Assembly (NCBI GenBank): GCA_963796105.1
Contig: CAWCKJ010000004.1
Location: forward strand, 1,472,001-1,536,000
DNA from: a candidate division FCPU426 bacterium
GTDB taxonomy: Bacteria; Oederibacteriota; Muellerivitia; Muellerivitales; Muellerivitaceae
Direction: 5' to 3'
DNA length: 64,000 nucleotides
Every line of letters starts with the position of its first letter. Position 1 is the first letter of the stretch. The position numbers and the translations under genes are program-made. Positions 19,512 through 28,946 of the stretch are shown here, in pieces. A model generated the notes under the pieces. It was not told where the DNA came from and made no database searches. It saw nothing but the letters and a program-made list of their open reading frames with translations.

Positions 19512-19822
19512 TCACCACATGCCAGCCTTCAATAGAACTTTAATGAGGCTGGTATCGTACCGATCTCATTACATTTTTTAATATGATCGGCACAGGTTTC
19601 TTCGAAACCACAGGAGCACAGTTAAAGCTTTTAGTTCTCTATGGCTGAAAAAAATCCTAATTAAGCTTCAAAATATTCCAAAGAATTCTCTGTGAAAAAT
19701 TTGAAATCAATACCAAATCTTATCGCTTCAAAGAAGATTTAATAAACGTTAAAGAAATTGGTTATTCCTAATAAAAAGTTTAAACTGTGTCTCTGTGCGG
19801 TGCGAAGCACCGCTGTGGTGAA
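19512..19822. repeat. Non-coding unit bounded by facing family A repeats A8/A9; A8 interrupted by family B copy 3 (19520-19592)
   Basis: TCACCACA[B]CAGGTTTCTTCGAAACCACAGGAGCACAG ... CTGTGTCTCTGTGCGGTGCGAAGCACCGCTGTGGTGAA. Confidence 0.78.
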
Positions 19823-19840
19823 TATTTTTCAGGTTTGAAA

Positions 19841-20494
19841 ATGAAATACACAGAAATATACATCGAAGAACATCGCTGTATCCTCTTGGGCTCGCCGGAA
19901 ATGCCTCCTGGAACACCCATCATCATTACCCTCCATGGCCTCGGGACCAACGCCGACGACTTAGCGCCCCTCTGCGAGGAGCTCGGTTTTTCCGGGTGCC
20001 GTTTTATCCTTCCTGACGCGCCTTTCCAACTGCCGGGTTACCCGCCGGGGGCCTTCGCCTGGTATGACTTCATGAGCCACCATCGAGCCGAGATCGAATC
20101 CAGCCGGGATTATCTTTTTAAAATTTTGGACCGGTTTTCCAACAGCCAGAATCCCCTTATTCTCCTGGGCTTTTCCCAAGGAGGGGTGATGGCATTAGAG
20201 GCGGGATTGAACTACAAGGGAAAGATCACGGCTATTGTTTCCATGAGCGGGTACATGCCTGATCCTAAAGCTACTCTCAAGAAACCCCTCGTTTCCAAGG
20301 AGACGCCCCTGCTCCTGATCCATGGTACCGAAGACCCGGTGGTGCCGGTGGATGGCTCCAGGGAAGCGGTTAAGGCCTTGAAGGAGGCGGGATACCAGCC
20401 TGTGTTGAAGGAATTTCCCATGCCCCATACCATTACCGAGGAATCACTGGAAGCCGTTCAGGAATTTTTGGGAGGAATAATTCCAAAAACCTAA
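19841..20494 (+). CDS. Phospholipase/carboxylesterase (alpha/beta hydrolase)
   Basis: LHGLG, GFSQG and HGTEDPVVP motifs plus the catalytic His; ATG at 19841. Confidence 0.9.
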   Translation: MKYTEIYIEEHRCILLGSPEMPPGTPIIITLHGLGTNADDLAPLCEELGFSGCRFILPDAPFQLPGYPPGAFAWYDFMSHHRAEIESSRDYLFKILDRFSNSQNPLILLGFSQGGVMALEAGLNYKGKITAIVSMSGYMPDPKATLKKPLVSKETPLLLIHGTEDPVVPVDGSREAVKALKEAGYQPVLKEFPMPHTITEESLEAVQEFLGGIIPKT

Positions 20495-20596
20495 TTTTGC
20501 TAAGTTGGGTTATTCTTGAAAATGCATCCAATAGGTTTGTAACTTATATCACTCGGAAAATCGGTCTTGCTCGAAAAACAATTGGGGGGTTTCACT

Positions 20597-21499
20597 ATGG
20601 TTTGGTTACGAAGGATCGCCTTGTTTTTGCTGGTCAACTTCCTGGTCATGGTCACCCTTTCCATCACCATGAACCTTTTAGGAATAGGGCACTATCTCAC
20701 GGCCCAGGGGATTGATTACACGTCCTTGATGGTCTTCTGCCTGTTTTGGGGATTCGGGGGGGCATTTATATCCCTCCTGCTTTCCAAGGCTATGGTGAAG
20801 TGGAGCATGGGAGTGAAAGTCATACCTCCTGAGAATCCAGCCTCGCCGGAGCAGGAATGGCTTTTAAAGACGGTCCATAAATTGGCCCAAGAGGCCGGTT
20901 TGAAATCCATGCCTGAGGTAGGGATTTACGAGAGCCCGGACCCGAACGCTTTCGCCACGGGTTTCGGGAGGGAAAGCTCCCTGGTATGTGTCTCCACCGG
21001 CTTGTTCCAACTGATGGGAAAAGACGAGATGGAGGGGGTCCTGGGGCACGAGCTGACGCACGTGAGCAACGGCGACATGGTCACCATGACACTCCTGCAA
21101 GGCGTCATCAACGCTTTCGTCATGTTTCTGGCCCGCGTCATCGCTTTCGCTGTCGCAAGGGATAGGAAGAGCAGTTACATGACCCGGATGTTCCTGACGA
21201 TGGCGTTGGAAATCGCATTGAGCATGCTTGGTATGATTGTGGTTATGGCCTTTTCCCGCTGGCGGGAATACCGGGCCGACGCTGGCGGGGCCAGGCTGGC
21301 CGGCCGTTACAAGATGATCAACGCCCTCAAGGCCCTGCAACGAGTCCAGGAGCATTTGATGCCGGTCCAAGAGCCGAAATCCGTGCAAGCTTTCAAGATT
21401 TCCAGCCGAGACGGCTGGATGTCCATTTTCGCCAGCCATCCGCCCCTGGAAAAGCGCATTGAGCGCCTGGAAAATTCCTCGGCTGTTGTGGGGGATTAA
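20597..21499 (+). CDS. htpX: Membrane zinc protease HtpX
   Basis: PNAFATG, HELTH, NGDMVTMTLLQG, FSRWREYRADAG and SHPPLEKRI motifs. Confidence 0.95.
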   Translation: MVWLRRIALFLLVNFLVMVTLSITMNLLGIGHYLTAQGIDYTSLMVFCLFWGFGGAFISLLLSKAMVKWSMGVKVIPPENPASPEQEWLLKTVHKLAQEAGLKSMPEVGIYESPDPNAFATGFGRESSLVCVSTGLFQLMGKDEMEGVLGHELTHVSNGDMVTMTLLQGVINAFVMFLARVIAFAVARDRKSSYMTRMFLTMALEIALSMLGMIVVMAFSRWREYRADAGGARLAGRYKMINALKALQRVQEHLMPVQEPKSVQAFKISSRDGWMSIFASHPPLEKRIERLENSSAVVGD

Positions 21500-21536
21500 A
21501 AAAGACTTCCAAGGTTTTTCAGAAAAGAGATTCCGC

Positions 21537-22640
21537 CTAAGGCCAATTGACGGGCAAACGGACCGGGTGAAAATGGGAACCGGCTTTTTTATACCGCCCC
21601 GCCAAGGGCCTGACTTGTCCATTTCTTAAAGCTTCCACGTGGAGTTTTTCCCAAGCGAAGTCGCTCTTGCCCGCGATGGCCTTGGCCTGTTTCCAATTGA
21701 GCAGGCCTTTGGATTTTTGGCCTTTCAGCCAAGCCGCCTCCGCGAAGCCCAATAGAGTATAAATTCTTCCCCTGGTATCCCCGGTTAATTTGAAAAGTAT
21801 GTCCGCTTTGTGGAAAGCCATGTCCGCGGGCGAGTAGTTACCCAGCAATTTATAGGTGGTCCCAATGGACCAGAGGGTGTAGGCGTAGCTCACCCGGTCC
21901 CCGATGGTTCCGTAGAGTTTTTCAGCCTTGCGGTAAAAGGGAAGAGCTTCAAGAAAACGGCCTGCCATTCGTTCCACGTTCCCAAGCCCGCAATAGGAAT
22001 AGGCCGTGCCGAAGGTATCACTTCTTTGCCTCATGCGGTGGTTGGCATTCCTGTAGTATTTTCCCGACTCCTTGTAGAGGCCAAGCATGCGGAAAATCCC
22101 CCCAAGGGCACAGCAGACATAGGAAATCCCCTCGCTGTTTCCTTGGGTCTTGAACATTTTGAGGGCTTTCTGAAGTTCTTGGAGGCCGGTTTTCATGTCC
22201 CCCGAAATTCTCAGGGTTCCACCCAGGGCCCAATGGGTGAAAGCTTCACCTTCCTTATCCTTCTGCTTCCGATATTCGGATAGGGCGATTCGGAGTTCCC
22301 GCAAGGCTTGGCGGGGCTGTCCCATGGCCCGGGCGGCAAGGGCCCATCCTACTTGAGCGTCCAAAGCCGAATCGGGATCAAGTTTGCCGTATAACTTCTT
22401 AGCTTGTTGATAATGCGCGAGCGATTTTCGGAAGAATCCTTGAATCCGCTCCATGTCGGCCAAACCCTTAAAGGCGGCGGCCTTATCGAGAGGGTCGGTC
22501 GAGATATTTTTCAGGATTTTCAAGTAATGGCGCCGGGCTAGGAGAAAAAGGGATCGTCCGCGGGCTTTTTCCGCGAGTCGAAAGAGCGCATCAGTGTTTT
22601 TGGGTGTTGTTATGTTTTTCATGACGCCAAAGTATCCCAT
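21537..22640 (-). CDS. TPR protein
   Basis: Consecutive ~40-aa TPR-like repeats. Start may be 22622. Confidence 0.8.
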   Translation of the reverse strand: MGYFGVMKNITTPKNTDALFRLAEKARGRSLFLLARRHYLKILKNISTDPLDKAAAFKGLADMERIQGFFRKSLAHYQQAKKLYGKLDPDSALDAQVGWALAARAMGQPRQALRELRIALSEYRKQKDKEGEAFTHWALGGTLRISGDMKTGLQELQKALKMFKTQGNSEGISYVCCALGGIFRMLGLYKESGKYYRNANHRMRQRSDTFGTAYSYCGLGNVERMAGRFLEALPFYRKAEKLYGTIGDRVSYAYTLWSIGTTYKLLGNYSPADMAFHKADILFKLTGDTRGRIYTLLGFAEAAWLKGQKSKGLLNWKQAKAIAGKSDFAWEKLHVEALRNGQVRPLAGRYKKAGSHFHPVRLPVNWP

Positions 22641-22645
22641 TTTTA

Positions 22646-23633
22646 CATGCCTATCCGAACAACGCTTGCGCAGTAATGGGTTTTGCCAAAGCGCAAGCGG
22701 TTAAGGCCCGGTGAAATAAGGAATCTGGGTCATGGCGACGATTGAACCGATAAGTATATTCGCTCAAGTATCCAGGCAGATATTTCACGTTGACTCCATG
22801 ATGGGTTCCTAGGATCCAAGCCTTGGCGTTGGAAATGAATCGGTGGACCCAAGGTAACCAGTGATTTAACACCACTGGGTCATTGGCTGTTACCTGGTAC
22901 TCCACATCCACGTTTTCCAAGTTTCTCAAGCTGGGACTGGCATCCGTGTTTATCATGGCGCCTTTCTGGATTGCTTGATCGACGAATGCTTGGGCTTCCC
23001 ACTTGGTTTCTGCGGTCACCTTTATCTTTGCAAAACCCGCTTTCTCTTTTTTGCGCCCTTTCTCATCTATCCATTCTTTGCTTTCAACCGCCACCAGCAC
23101 TTCAGCCTGGTTTTCCTTTTCTCTCTTGCCGAATACAGCCCCATCCAACTCAATGATTTCCTTGAGTTGGTAATTTTCATCCCTTTGTCGAAGACTTTCC
23201 CGAATCTTATGCAACATCCTCCAAACGGTATCGTAGGAGGGCATTCCCAATTGCCGCTGAAGTTCCAGGGCTGAAATGCCCCTTTTCCCTTGCATCACCA
23301 ATCCAATCATCCTCAACCAGGTTAAGATTGGGATCTTGGATTTCCGGAAGATCGTTCCGGCTCGAAGCCGTATTTGCTTTCGACAATAGTCACATTCCCG
23401 CACTTCGGGGCGGTTTTTGTGTTGCCAGAAACTTTCTCCTTCACATTGTGGGCAAACAAAGTCTTTTCCGGCAAAACGGCTCTTCCACACCCATTGACGT
23501 GCCTTTTCTTCTGTATCGATTTCCTTGAAAATCTCAATCCCCTTCATCCGTTGGTAGTTCATAATTTGCCCCTCCAACAATGAGTATACTCCTGTATTCC
23601 TTTATTTCAACAGGTACCGTTTGGAGAGGCATT
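22646..23633 (-). mobile_element. IS1595-family insertion sequence (copy 1)
   Basis: IRs ATGCCTATCCGAAC and reverse complement ATGCCTCTCCAAAC; 8-bp direct repeat CATTTTTA at 22638-22645 and 23634-23641. Confidence 0.88.
22651..23562 (-). CDS. IS1595-family transposase
   Basis: Zn ribbon CPQC..CDYC, IELDGA, INTDA and YLSEYTYRFNRR motifs. Confidence 0.9.
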   Translation of the reverse strand: MNYQRMKGIEIFKEIDTEEKARQWVWKSRFAGKDFVCPQCEGESFWQHKNRPEVRECDYCRKQIRLRAGTIFRKSKIPILTWLRMIGLVMQGKRGISALELQRQLGMPSYDTVWRMLHKIRESLRQRDENYQLKEIIELDGAVFGKREKENQAEVLVAVESKEWIDEKGRKKEKAGFAKIKVTAETKWEAQAFVDQAIQKGAMINTDASPSLRNLENVDVEYQVTANDPVVLNHWLPWVHRFISNAKAWILGTHHGVNVKYLPGYLSEYTYRFNRRHDPDSLFHRALTACALAKPITAQALFG

Positions 23634-23671
23634 CATTTTTAATGAAAACAGCTAAGAAAATTAACGACTTG

Positions 23672-23709
23672 AACCACAGGTCCTCTTCGAGGACCACCGA
23701 GGCACAGTT
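23672..23709 (+). repeat. Family A repeat A10 (solo)
   Basis: AACCACA-GGTCCTC-TTC-GAGGACC-ACCGAGGCACAGT. Confidence 0.8.
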
Positions 23710-23869
23710 TAAAAATTCGCCTTAAAATGACTCTAAACTTTTTTCTAAGGTTTCTAAAAAATACAAAATTGTCAAACTGGACCACAACCCATAATGTATG
23801 GTTCTACATTATTGAACTCCGATTTTTGTCTAAACCCTAAAATCCCTTTCATTTCAATCGCTTTTCACT

Positions 23870-23885
23870 TGGCACGAAACTCGCT
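23870..23885 (+). promoter_or_regulatory. Sigma54 (-24/-12) promoter of the amtB operon
   Basis: TGGCACGAAACTCGCT with GG-N10-GC spacing, ~70 bp upstream of amtB. Confidence 0.75.
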
Positions 23886-23956
23886 TAACCCAGAGGCTTG
23901 TGTTGGGGCCTTGGGGAGAGGGGTTCCATCAATTTTGTCTCAAGGAGCGGGAAGAA

Positions 23957-25297
23957 ATGAAATTTCTTCAGGGTTTAGTTTTGTTCTTGCGGAAGAAGCC
24001 TGCTGTTTTGGCCATGGCGGTTTTTTCCGTTTTGTCCCTGGTCCCGGTTTGGGCCCAGCAAGCGGCGCCGGCAGCGCCCGCTGCACCTGCCACGCCGGCC
24101 ATCAGCGCCGGTGACACAGCCTGGGTGCTGGCCTCAGCGGCGTTGGTCCTGTTGATGACGCCGGGCTTGGCGTTTTTCTACGCGGGAATGGTTCGCCGCA
24201 AGAACGTCATGGCCACCATCATGCAAAGCTTTTTCATGGTGGCCCTCATCAGCGTGCAATGGGTCGTCTGGGGTTATTCCCTGGCATTCAGCCCCGGGAG
24301 CAACTTTATCGGGGGCTTGAGCTGGATGTTCCTCGAAAACATGCCGGCGGTCAACCCGGCCGCGCCGACCATCCCCCATTACGCCTTCATGATTTTCCAG
24401 GCCATGTTCGCCATCATCACCCCGGCCTTAATCTGCGGGGCCTACGCAGAGCGCGTGAATTTCAAGGGCTTCGTGGTGTTCTCTTTGCTTTGGGCCACGT
24501 TCGTCTATGACCCCATCGCCCATTGGGTTTGGGGCGGCGGGTATTTCAAGGACGCCCTGGATTTCGCAGGGGGAACCGTGGTTCATATGTCCTCCGGTTA
24601 CTCCGCCCTGACACTGGCTTTACTCTTGGGGACCCGGAAGAATTATGGAAGGGAACCAATGGTTCCCCATAACTTAACTCTTGTCCTCTTGGGCGCGAGT
24701 CTCCTGTGGTTCGGCTGGTTCGGCTTCAACGCAGGATCGGCTGGGGCGGCGAACGCCCTGGCTTGCAACGCCTTTGTGACTACGAATACCGCTACCGCCA
24801 TGGCCGCCATCACCTGGTGCGTCATCGAGCTTTTCCACCATGGAAAGGCCACCTCGCTCGGCGCCGCCTCGGGCGCGGTAGCGGGGCTGGTTGCCATCAC
24901 TCCTGCCTGCGGTTACGTTGATTTAAAAAGCTCCTTGGTGATCGGCATGATCGTGAGCATCCTTTGCTATACCGCCATTCAGGTCAAGGTGAAGCTAGGT
25001 TATGACGATTCATTGGATGCTTTTGGGGTCCACGGCGTCGGGGGGACCTGGGGCGCCCTTGCCACGGGCTTGTTCGCCCTCAAGGCCATTAACGGCGCGG
25101 ACGGGCTTTTTGCCGGTAACCCCGGCCAATTCTTCATTCAAATCAAAGTCGCGGCGACCACCATTGTTTACGCGGTGGTCCTGACGACTATTATTTATTT
25201 TGTCGTTGAGAAAACCATTGGTCTGCGTGTTTCACAGAAGGACGAGGAAATGGGGTTGGACATTTCTCAACATGGCGAGGAAGGCTACAACATATAA
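23957..25297 (+). CDS. amtB: Ammonium transporter
   Basis: GDTAW, DFAGGTVVH, WFGWFGFNAGS and DDSLDAFGVHG motifs; AAGGAG RBS. Confidence 0.95.
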   Translation: MKFLQGLVLFLRKKPAVLAMAVFSVLSLVPVWAQQAAPAAPAAPATPAISAGDTAWVLASAALVLLMTPGLAFFYAGMVRRKNVMATIMQSFFMVALISVQWVVWGYSLAFSPGSNFIGGLSWMFLENMPAVNPAAPTIPHYAFMIFQAMFAIITPALICGAYAERVNFKGFVVFSLLWATFVYDPIAHWVWGGGYFKDALDFAGGTVVHMSSGYSALTLALLLGTRKNYGREPMVPHNLTLVLLGASLLWFGWFGFNAGSAGAANALACNAFVTTNTATAMAAITWCVIELFHHGKATSLGAASGAVAGLVAITPACGYVDLKSSLVIGMIVSILCYTAIQVKVKLGYDDSLDAFGVHGVGGTWGALATGLFALKAINGADGLFAGNPGQFFIQIKVAATTIVYAVVLTTIIYFVVEKTIGLRVSQKDEEMGLDISQHGEEGYNI

Positions 25298-25357
25298 CAA
25301 TAAAAGAGGTTTAATTCATTCTTAAGCACGGTTGATCCGTGAGAAGGGAATTATAAA

Positions 25358-25693
25358 GTGAAAAAAATTGAGGCGGTTATCAGACCCAGCGCGTTGAGGG
25401 CGGTTTTGGACAACTTGAAGATCGTCGGTTATCCCGGTGTGACGGTGGCGGAAGTCCAGGGGCACGGAAAGCAAAAAGGAATCACCGAGTCCTACCGAGG
25501 ACAGAGTGTTGAGGGATTGCTTCCCAAGATCATCGTGACAGCGGTGGTCCACGATAAGCAGGTGGGAAAAGTCACTGCCTGCATCATCAAGGCCACAAGG
25601 ACAGGGGAAATCGGCGACGGAAAAATCTTCGTTTCCCCGGTCGCGGACGCCATTCGCATTCGGACAGGCGAAAAAGGGGATAAGGCCGTCTAA
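25358..25693 (+). CDS. glnK: PII nitrogen regulatory protein
   Basis: GHGKQKG, TGEIGDGKIF and RIRTGE motifs; adjacent to amtB. Confidence 0.92.
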   Translation: MKKIEAVIRPSALRAVLDNLKIVGYPGVTVAEVQGHGKQKGITESYRGQSVEGLLPKIIVTAVVHDKQVGKVTACIIKATRTGEIGDGKIFVSPVADAIRIRTGEKGDKAV

Positions 25694-25935
25694 TACCTTT
25701 TCCAAAACATTTACTATCAAAAAAAGCCTGGGATTATTTCTTGGGCTTTTTTATTAAATCCGGGATAAATAAAGTTGACAAGAATCGATTCACCCAAGAA
25801 AAGACCAAGATTTTTAGTTTTAAGGCAGTTTTGCATGAATTCCCGTCATTTTTAAATAGTGTCAAAGGCTTTGGTTGGTTATTCTTTCTTCGTTTTGAGG
25901 TGGGTTTTTACCCATATTTAAACTGGAGAGAGAAA

Positions 25936-27264
25936 ATGAACCAGAACAGTTTTATATTTTCAATTTTGAAGCGATTGTCCGTTCGCCTTGGCACGGCGAC
26001 AGTGTTTTTTGTCCTTACTGGAACGGCTTTCGCGCAGCAAAGCGCGTCGGCGCCCGGCGCGATCAATTCGGGCGACACGGCTTGGGTTTTGGCTTCTGCG
26101 GCTCTCGTCATGCTGATGACTCCCGGTTTGGGGCTTTTTTACGGCGGCATGGTGCGCCGGAAAAACGTTCTGGCGACCATCATGCAGAGTTTTTTCCTAG
26201 TCGCCTTGATCGGTATCCAGTGGGTGATCTGGGGATACTCCCTGGCCTTCAGCCAGGGAAATGATTTCGTGGGCGGACTATCCTGGACCATGCTTAACGG
26301 CATCGGAGCGGTCAACTCCAACGCCCCGACCATTCCCCATTACGCCTTCATTCTATTCCAGGCCATGTTCGCCATCATCACGCCGGCCCTCATTACCGGC
26401 GCCTTTGCCGAGAGGGTCAAGTTCAGCGGTTTCATTCTTTTCTCCCTGCTTTGGGCCACGTTCATTTATGACCCTGTCGCTCATTGGGTCTGGGGCGGGG
26501 GTTATTGGCAGCAAAAGGGAGCCCTCGATTTCGCCGGGGGAGCCGTGGTCCATATCACCGCCGGGTTCTCTGCGCTCGCCATGGCGCTTATGACTAGAAA
26601 GCGGAAAGGCTACGGAACGGTTCTCATGGTTCCCCATAACATGACCATGGTATTGACCGGCACGGGCCTCCTCTGGTTCGGTTGGTTCGGATTCAACGCC
26701 GGCTCAGCCCTAGGCGCCAACGCCATAGCCTGCACGGCATTCCTCGCCACCAACACAGCCGGCGCGGCCGCGACACTGGTTTGGTGCCTGATTGAGAAAC
26801 TTCACCGTGGAAAATCCACGGCTCTCGGAGCCGCTTCCGGGGCCATCGCGGGCCTTGCCGCCGTGACACCAGCTTCGGGTTTCGTTGACATGACCGGGGC
26901 CATTTGTATCGGGTCCTTGGCCAGCCTACTTTGCTACGGGGCCATTCTGTTCAAGATTAAATTGGGTTACGATGATTCCCTGGACGCGTTCGGCGTCCAT
27001 GGCGTAGGGGGTTTTTGGGGGATCTTGGCCTTGGGGTTATGGGCCAACCCATTGATCGCCGGCAAGGCCGGGTTTTTCTACGGGAACGCCAGCCTCTTCA
27101 CCATCCAATTCCTTTTGGCGGTATCCACCGCTTTGTATTCCTTTATCGGCACGGTTATACTGTTCTACCTGGTTGAAAAAACCATCGGATTCAGGGCCAG
27201 CGAGAGGGAAGAAGACACCGGTCTCGACATATCCCAACACGGCGAGGAAGGCTACAACTATTAA
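25936..27264 (+). CDS. amtB: Ammonium transporter (paralog 2)
   Basis: Same motifs as copy 1; GGAG RBS before ATG at 25936. Confidence 0.95.
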   Translation: MNQNSFIFSILKRLSVRLGTATVFFVLTGTAFAQQSASAPGAINSGDTAWVLASAALVMLMTPGLGLFYGGMVRRKNVLATIMQSFFLVALIGIQWVIWGYSLAFSQGNDFVGGLSWTMLNGIGAVNSNAPTIPHYAFILFQAMFAIITPALITGAFAERVKFSGFILFSLLWATFIYDPVAHWVWGGGYWQQKGALDFAGGAVVHITAGFSALAMALMTRKRKGYGTVLMVPHNMTMVLTGTGLLWFGWFGFNAGSALGANAIACTAFLATNTAGAAATLVWCLIEKLHRGKSTALGAASGAIAGLAAVTPASGFVDMTGAICIGSLASLLCYGAILFKIKLGYDDSLDAFGVHGVGGFWGILALGLWANPLIAGKAGFFYGNASLFTIQFLLAVSTALYSFIGTVILFYLVEKTIGFRASEREEDTGLDISQHGEEGYNY

Positions 27265-27345
27265 ACAATAACCGGGGATTTATGGCCCGGGCCACAAGGA
27301 AAACGGGGAAATAGGTTTTATTTAAACAATTAAAGGGGGATATTC

Positions 27346-27681
27346 ATGAAGCGAATCGAAGCTATTATCAGGCCAGGCGCTTTAAGGGCCGTCATGGACG
27401 GCTTAAAAGCGGTGGGTTACTCGGGCGTCACCGTCGCGGACGTGCACGGGCACGGTAAACAAAGGGGCGTGACCCAGCATTACCGGGGACAAAGCGTGGA
27501 AGGCCTCCTTCCTAAGCTGTTGGTCACGACGGTGGTGAAAGACAAGGAAGTCCAAAAGGTCGTGAAGATCATCATCACCACCAACCAGACCGGCGAAATC
27601 GGGGATGGGAAGATTTTCATCTCGCCCGTGGCGGACGCGATCCGCATTCGAACGGGGGAAAAGGGCGAAAAGGCCCTTTAA
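27346..27681 (+). CDS. glnK: PII nitrogen regulatory protein (paralog 2)
   Basis: GHGKQRG, TGEIGDGKIF and RIRTGE motifs. Confidence 0.92.
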   Translation: MKRIEAIIRPGALRAVMDGLKAVGYSGVTVADVHGHGKQRGVTQHYRGQSVEGLLPKLLVTTVVKDKEVQKVVKIIITTNQTGEIGDGKIFISPVADAIRIRTGEKGEKAL

Positions 27682-27708
27682 CCGCGCATCCAAAGGGGAA
27701 AAGATCCC

Positions 27709-28689
27709 ATGCTGAAGAGCTGGCTCATGGTTCTCTTGGCTTTGGTCTTTTCCCCAAGCCTTTGCGCCGACAAGTCTTTTCCGGATGTGAGGGTCGTTCC
27801 ATGGAACGGACATAAGGCCGCGACCTCCCTCACATTCGACGACGGCGACCCCTCCCACCTGGATGTTGCCATTCCGGAATTAAACCAACGGGGTATGAAA
27901 GCCACCTTTTTTCTCATCGCCAACCGGATCGACCGCAAGGATGATTGGCGCAAAATCCTGGCGTTTGGCCACGAGATCGGCAACCACACCCTGGATCACA
28001 AGCACGCCCAGGAGCTCTCGGCCCAAGACGCGGAATCCCAGGTGATTGGCGCCCAAAACGTCCTCCAAAAAGAATTTGGAATTTCTGTCGCCACCTTCGC
28101 CTACCCTTATATTGAGATAACCCCGCTTTTGAAGACGACGGTGGGCCGTTCCCACTTGCTGGCCAGGGGTGGGGGCGGGACTGAGGACATGAAACCGGAT
28201 GCGGAACCCGATTGGATGAACCTTCCAGCCTGCATGACCCGGACAGATCTGCCTTTTTCAACCTACAAGCAATGGATTGACAAGGATTTTCAGGATGGGG
28301 CCTGGATGGTTTGGATGATCCACGGCCTGGAAGGGACACTTTCGGGTTGGAATCCCATTTCGAAAAAAGCATTTGAACAGATCCTGGATAAAATCCAGTC
28401 CAAGGATATTTGGGTGGATACCCTTTTAAATATCGGGAGTTATTTCCGGGCGCAAAAAGAATTCGAGAAAGCCTTGGTCAGCGAAACCGAGGGGGAAAAG
28501 AAACTCAAGTGGAAGGTTCCAGATTTATTTCCGCCCGGGAAGATCCTGAAAATCACCTTGGGACCGCAAACAGGGGCTGGCTCTCACGATGAATTGATCC
28601 AAGGCGGCAGGCAACTCATCATGGGTAAAGATGGGTTTTATGATTTGGACTTTTCCTCCGGTGAGCTTGTCATTCGGTTATTACAGTAG
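27709..28689 (+). CDS. Secreted polysaccharide deacetylase (CE4/NodB-like)
   Basis: Signal peptide; LTFDDG, HEIGNHTLDH and FAYPY motifs. Confidence 0.88.
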   Translation: MLKSWLMVLLALVFSPSLCADKSFPDVRVVPWNGHKAATSLTFDDGDPSHLDVAIPELNQRGMKATFFLIANRIDRKDDWRKILAFGHEIGNHTLDHKHAQELSAQDAESQVIGAQNVLQKEFGISVATFAYPYIEITPLLKTTVGRSHLLARGGGGTEDMKPDAEPDWMNLPACMTRTDLPFSTYKQWIDKDFQDGAWMVWMIHGLEGTLSGWNPISKKAFEQILDKIQSKDIWVDTLLNIGSYFRAQKEFEKALVSETEGEKKLKWKVPDLFPPGKILKITLGPQTGAGSHDELIQGGRQLIMGKDGFYDLDFSSGELVIRLLQ

Positions 28690-28946
28690 GCATTTCAGAA
28701 ACCTCAAACGACAATCCAGTTCTAAAATCGTTATAAGAATTTTTGACATGGCTGGTAGTAATTTTAATTTAACCTTCAAGAAATGCATTCCATCTGGTAT
28801 TTTCCCGGCCCTCAATTTAAAATGCACTGTCAAAAATATAACGAGTAAGATACACAATAAATTCATGACCAAATCGTTTTGATTCGAGCACGTAAAATTC
28901 CAGCCGGCCTATTCATCAGGAAATTAATCATCAGAGGAGTCACCAG

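Noticed and set aside
16261..19822. CRISPR array or integron attC array interpretation of the repeats
   Set aside because: Repeats alternate in orientation, spacing is irregular and includes whole genes. There are no cas or integrase genes and no RYYYAAC/GTTRRRY attC ends.
16326..23695. Diversity-generating retroelement suggested by GNA-loop hairpins
   Set aside because: No reverse transcriptase and no TR/VR pair differing at adenines was seen in the window.
25741..25935. Long N-terminal extensions in the ORF track (amtB2, amtB1, kinase, hydrolase)
   Set aside because: Downstream ATGs fit the family N-termini better, with clear RBSs for both amtB genes.
28868..28885. Possible LacI operator CAAATCGTTTTG
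   Set aside because: Short imperfect palindrome in AT-rich DNA; not distinguishable from chance.
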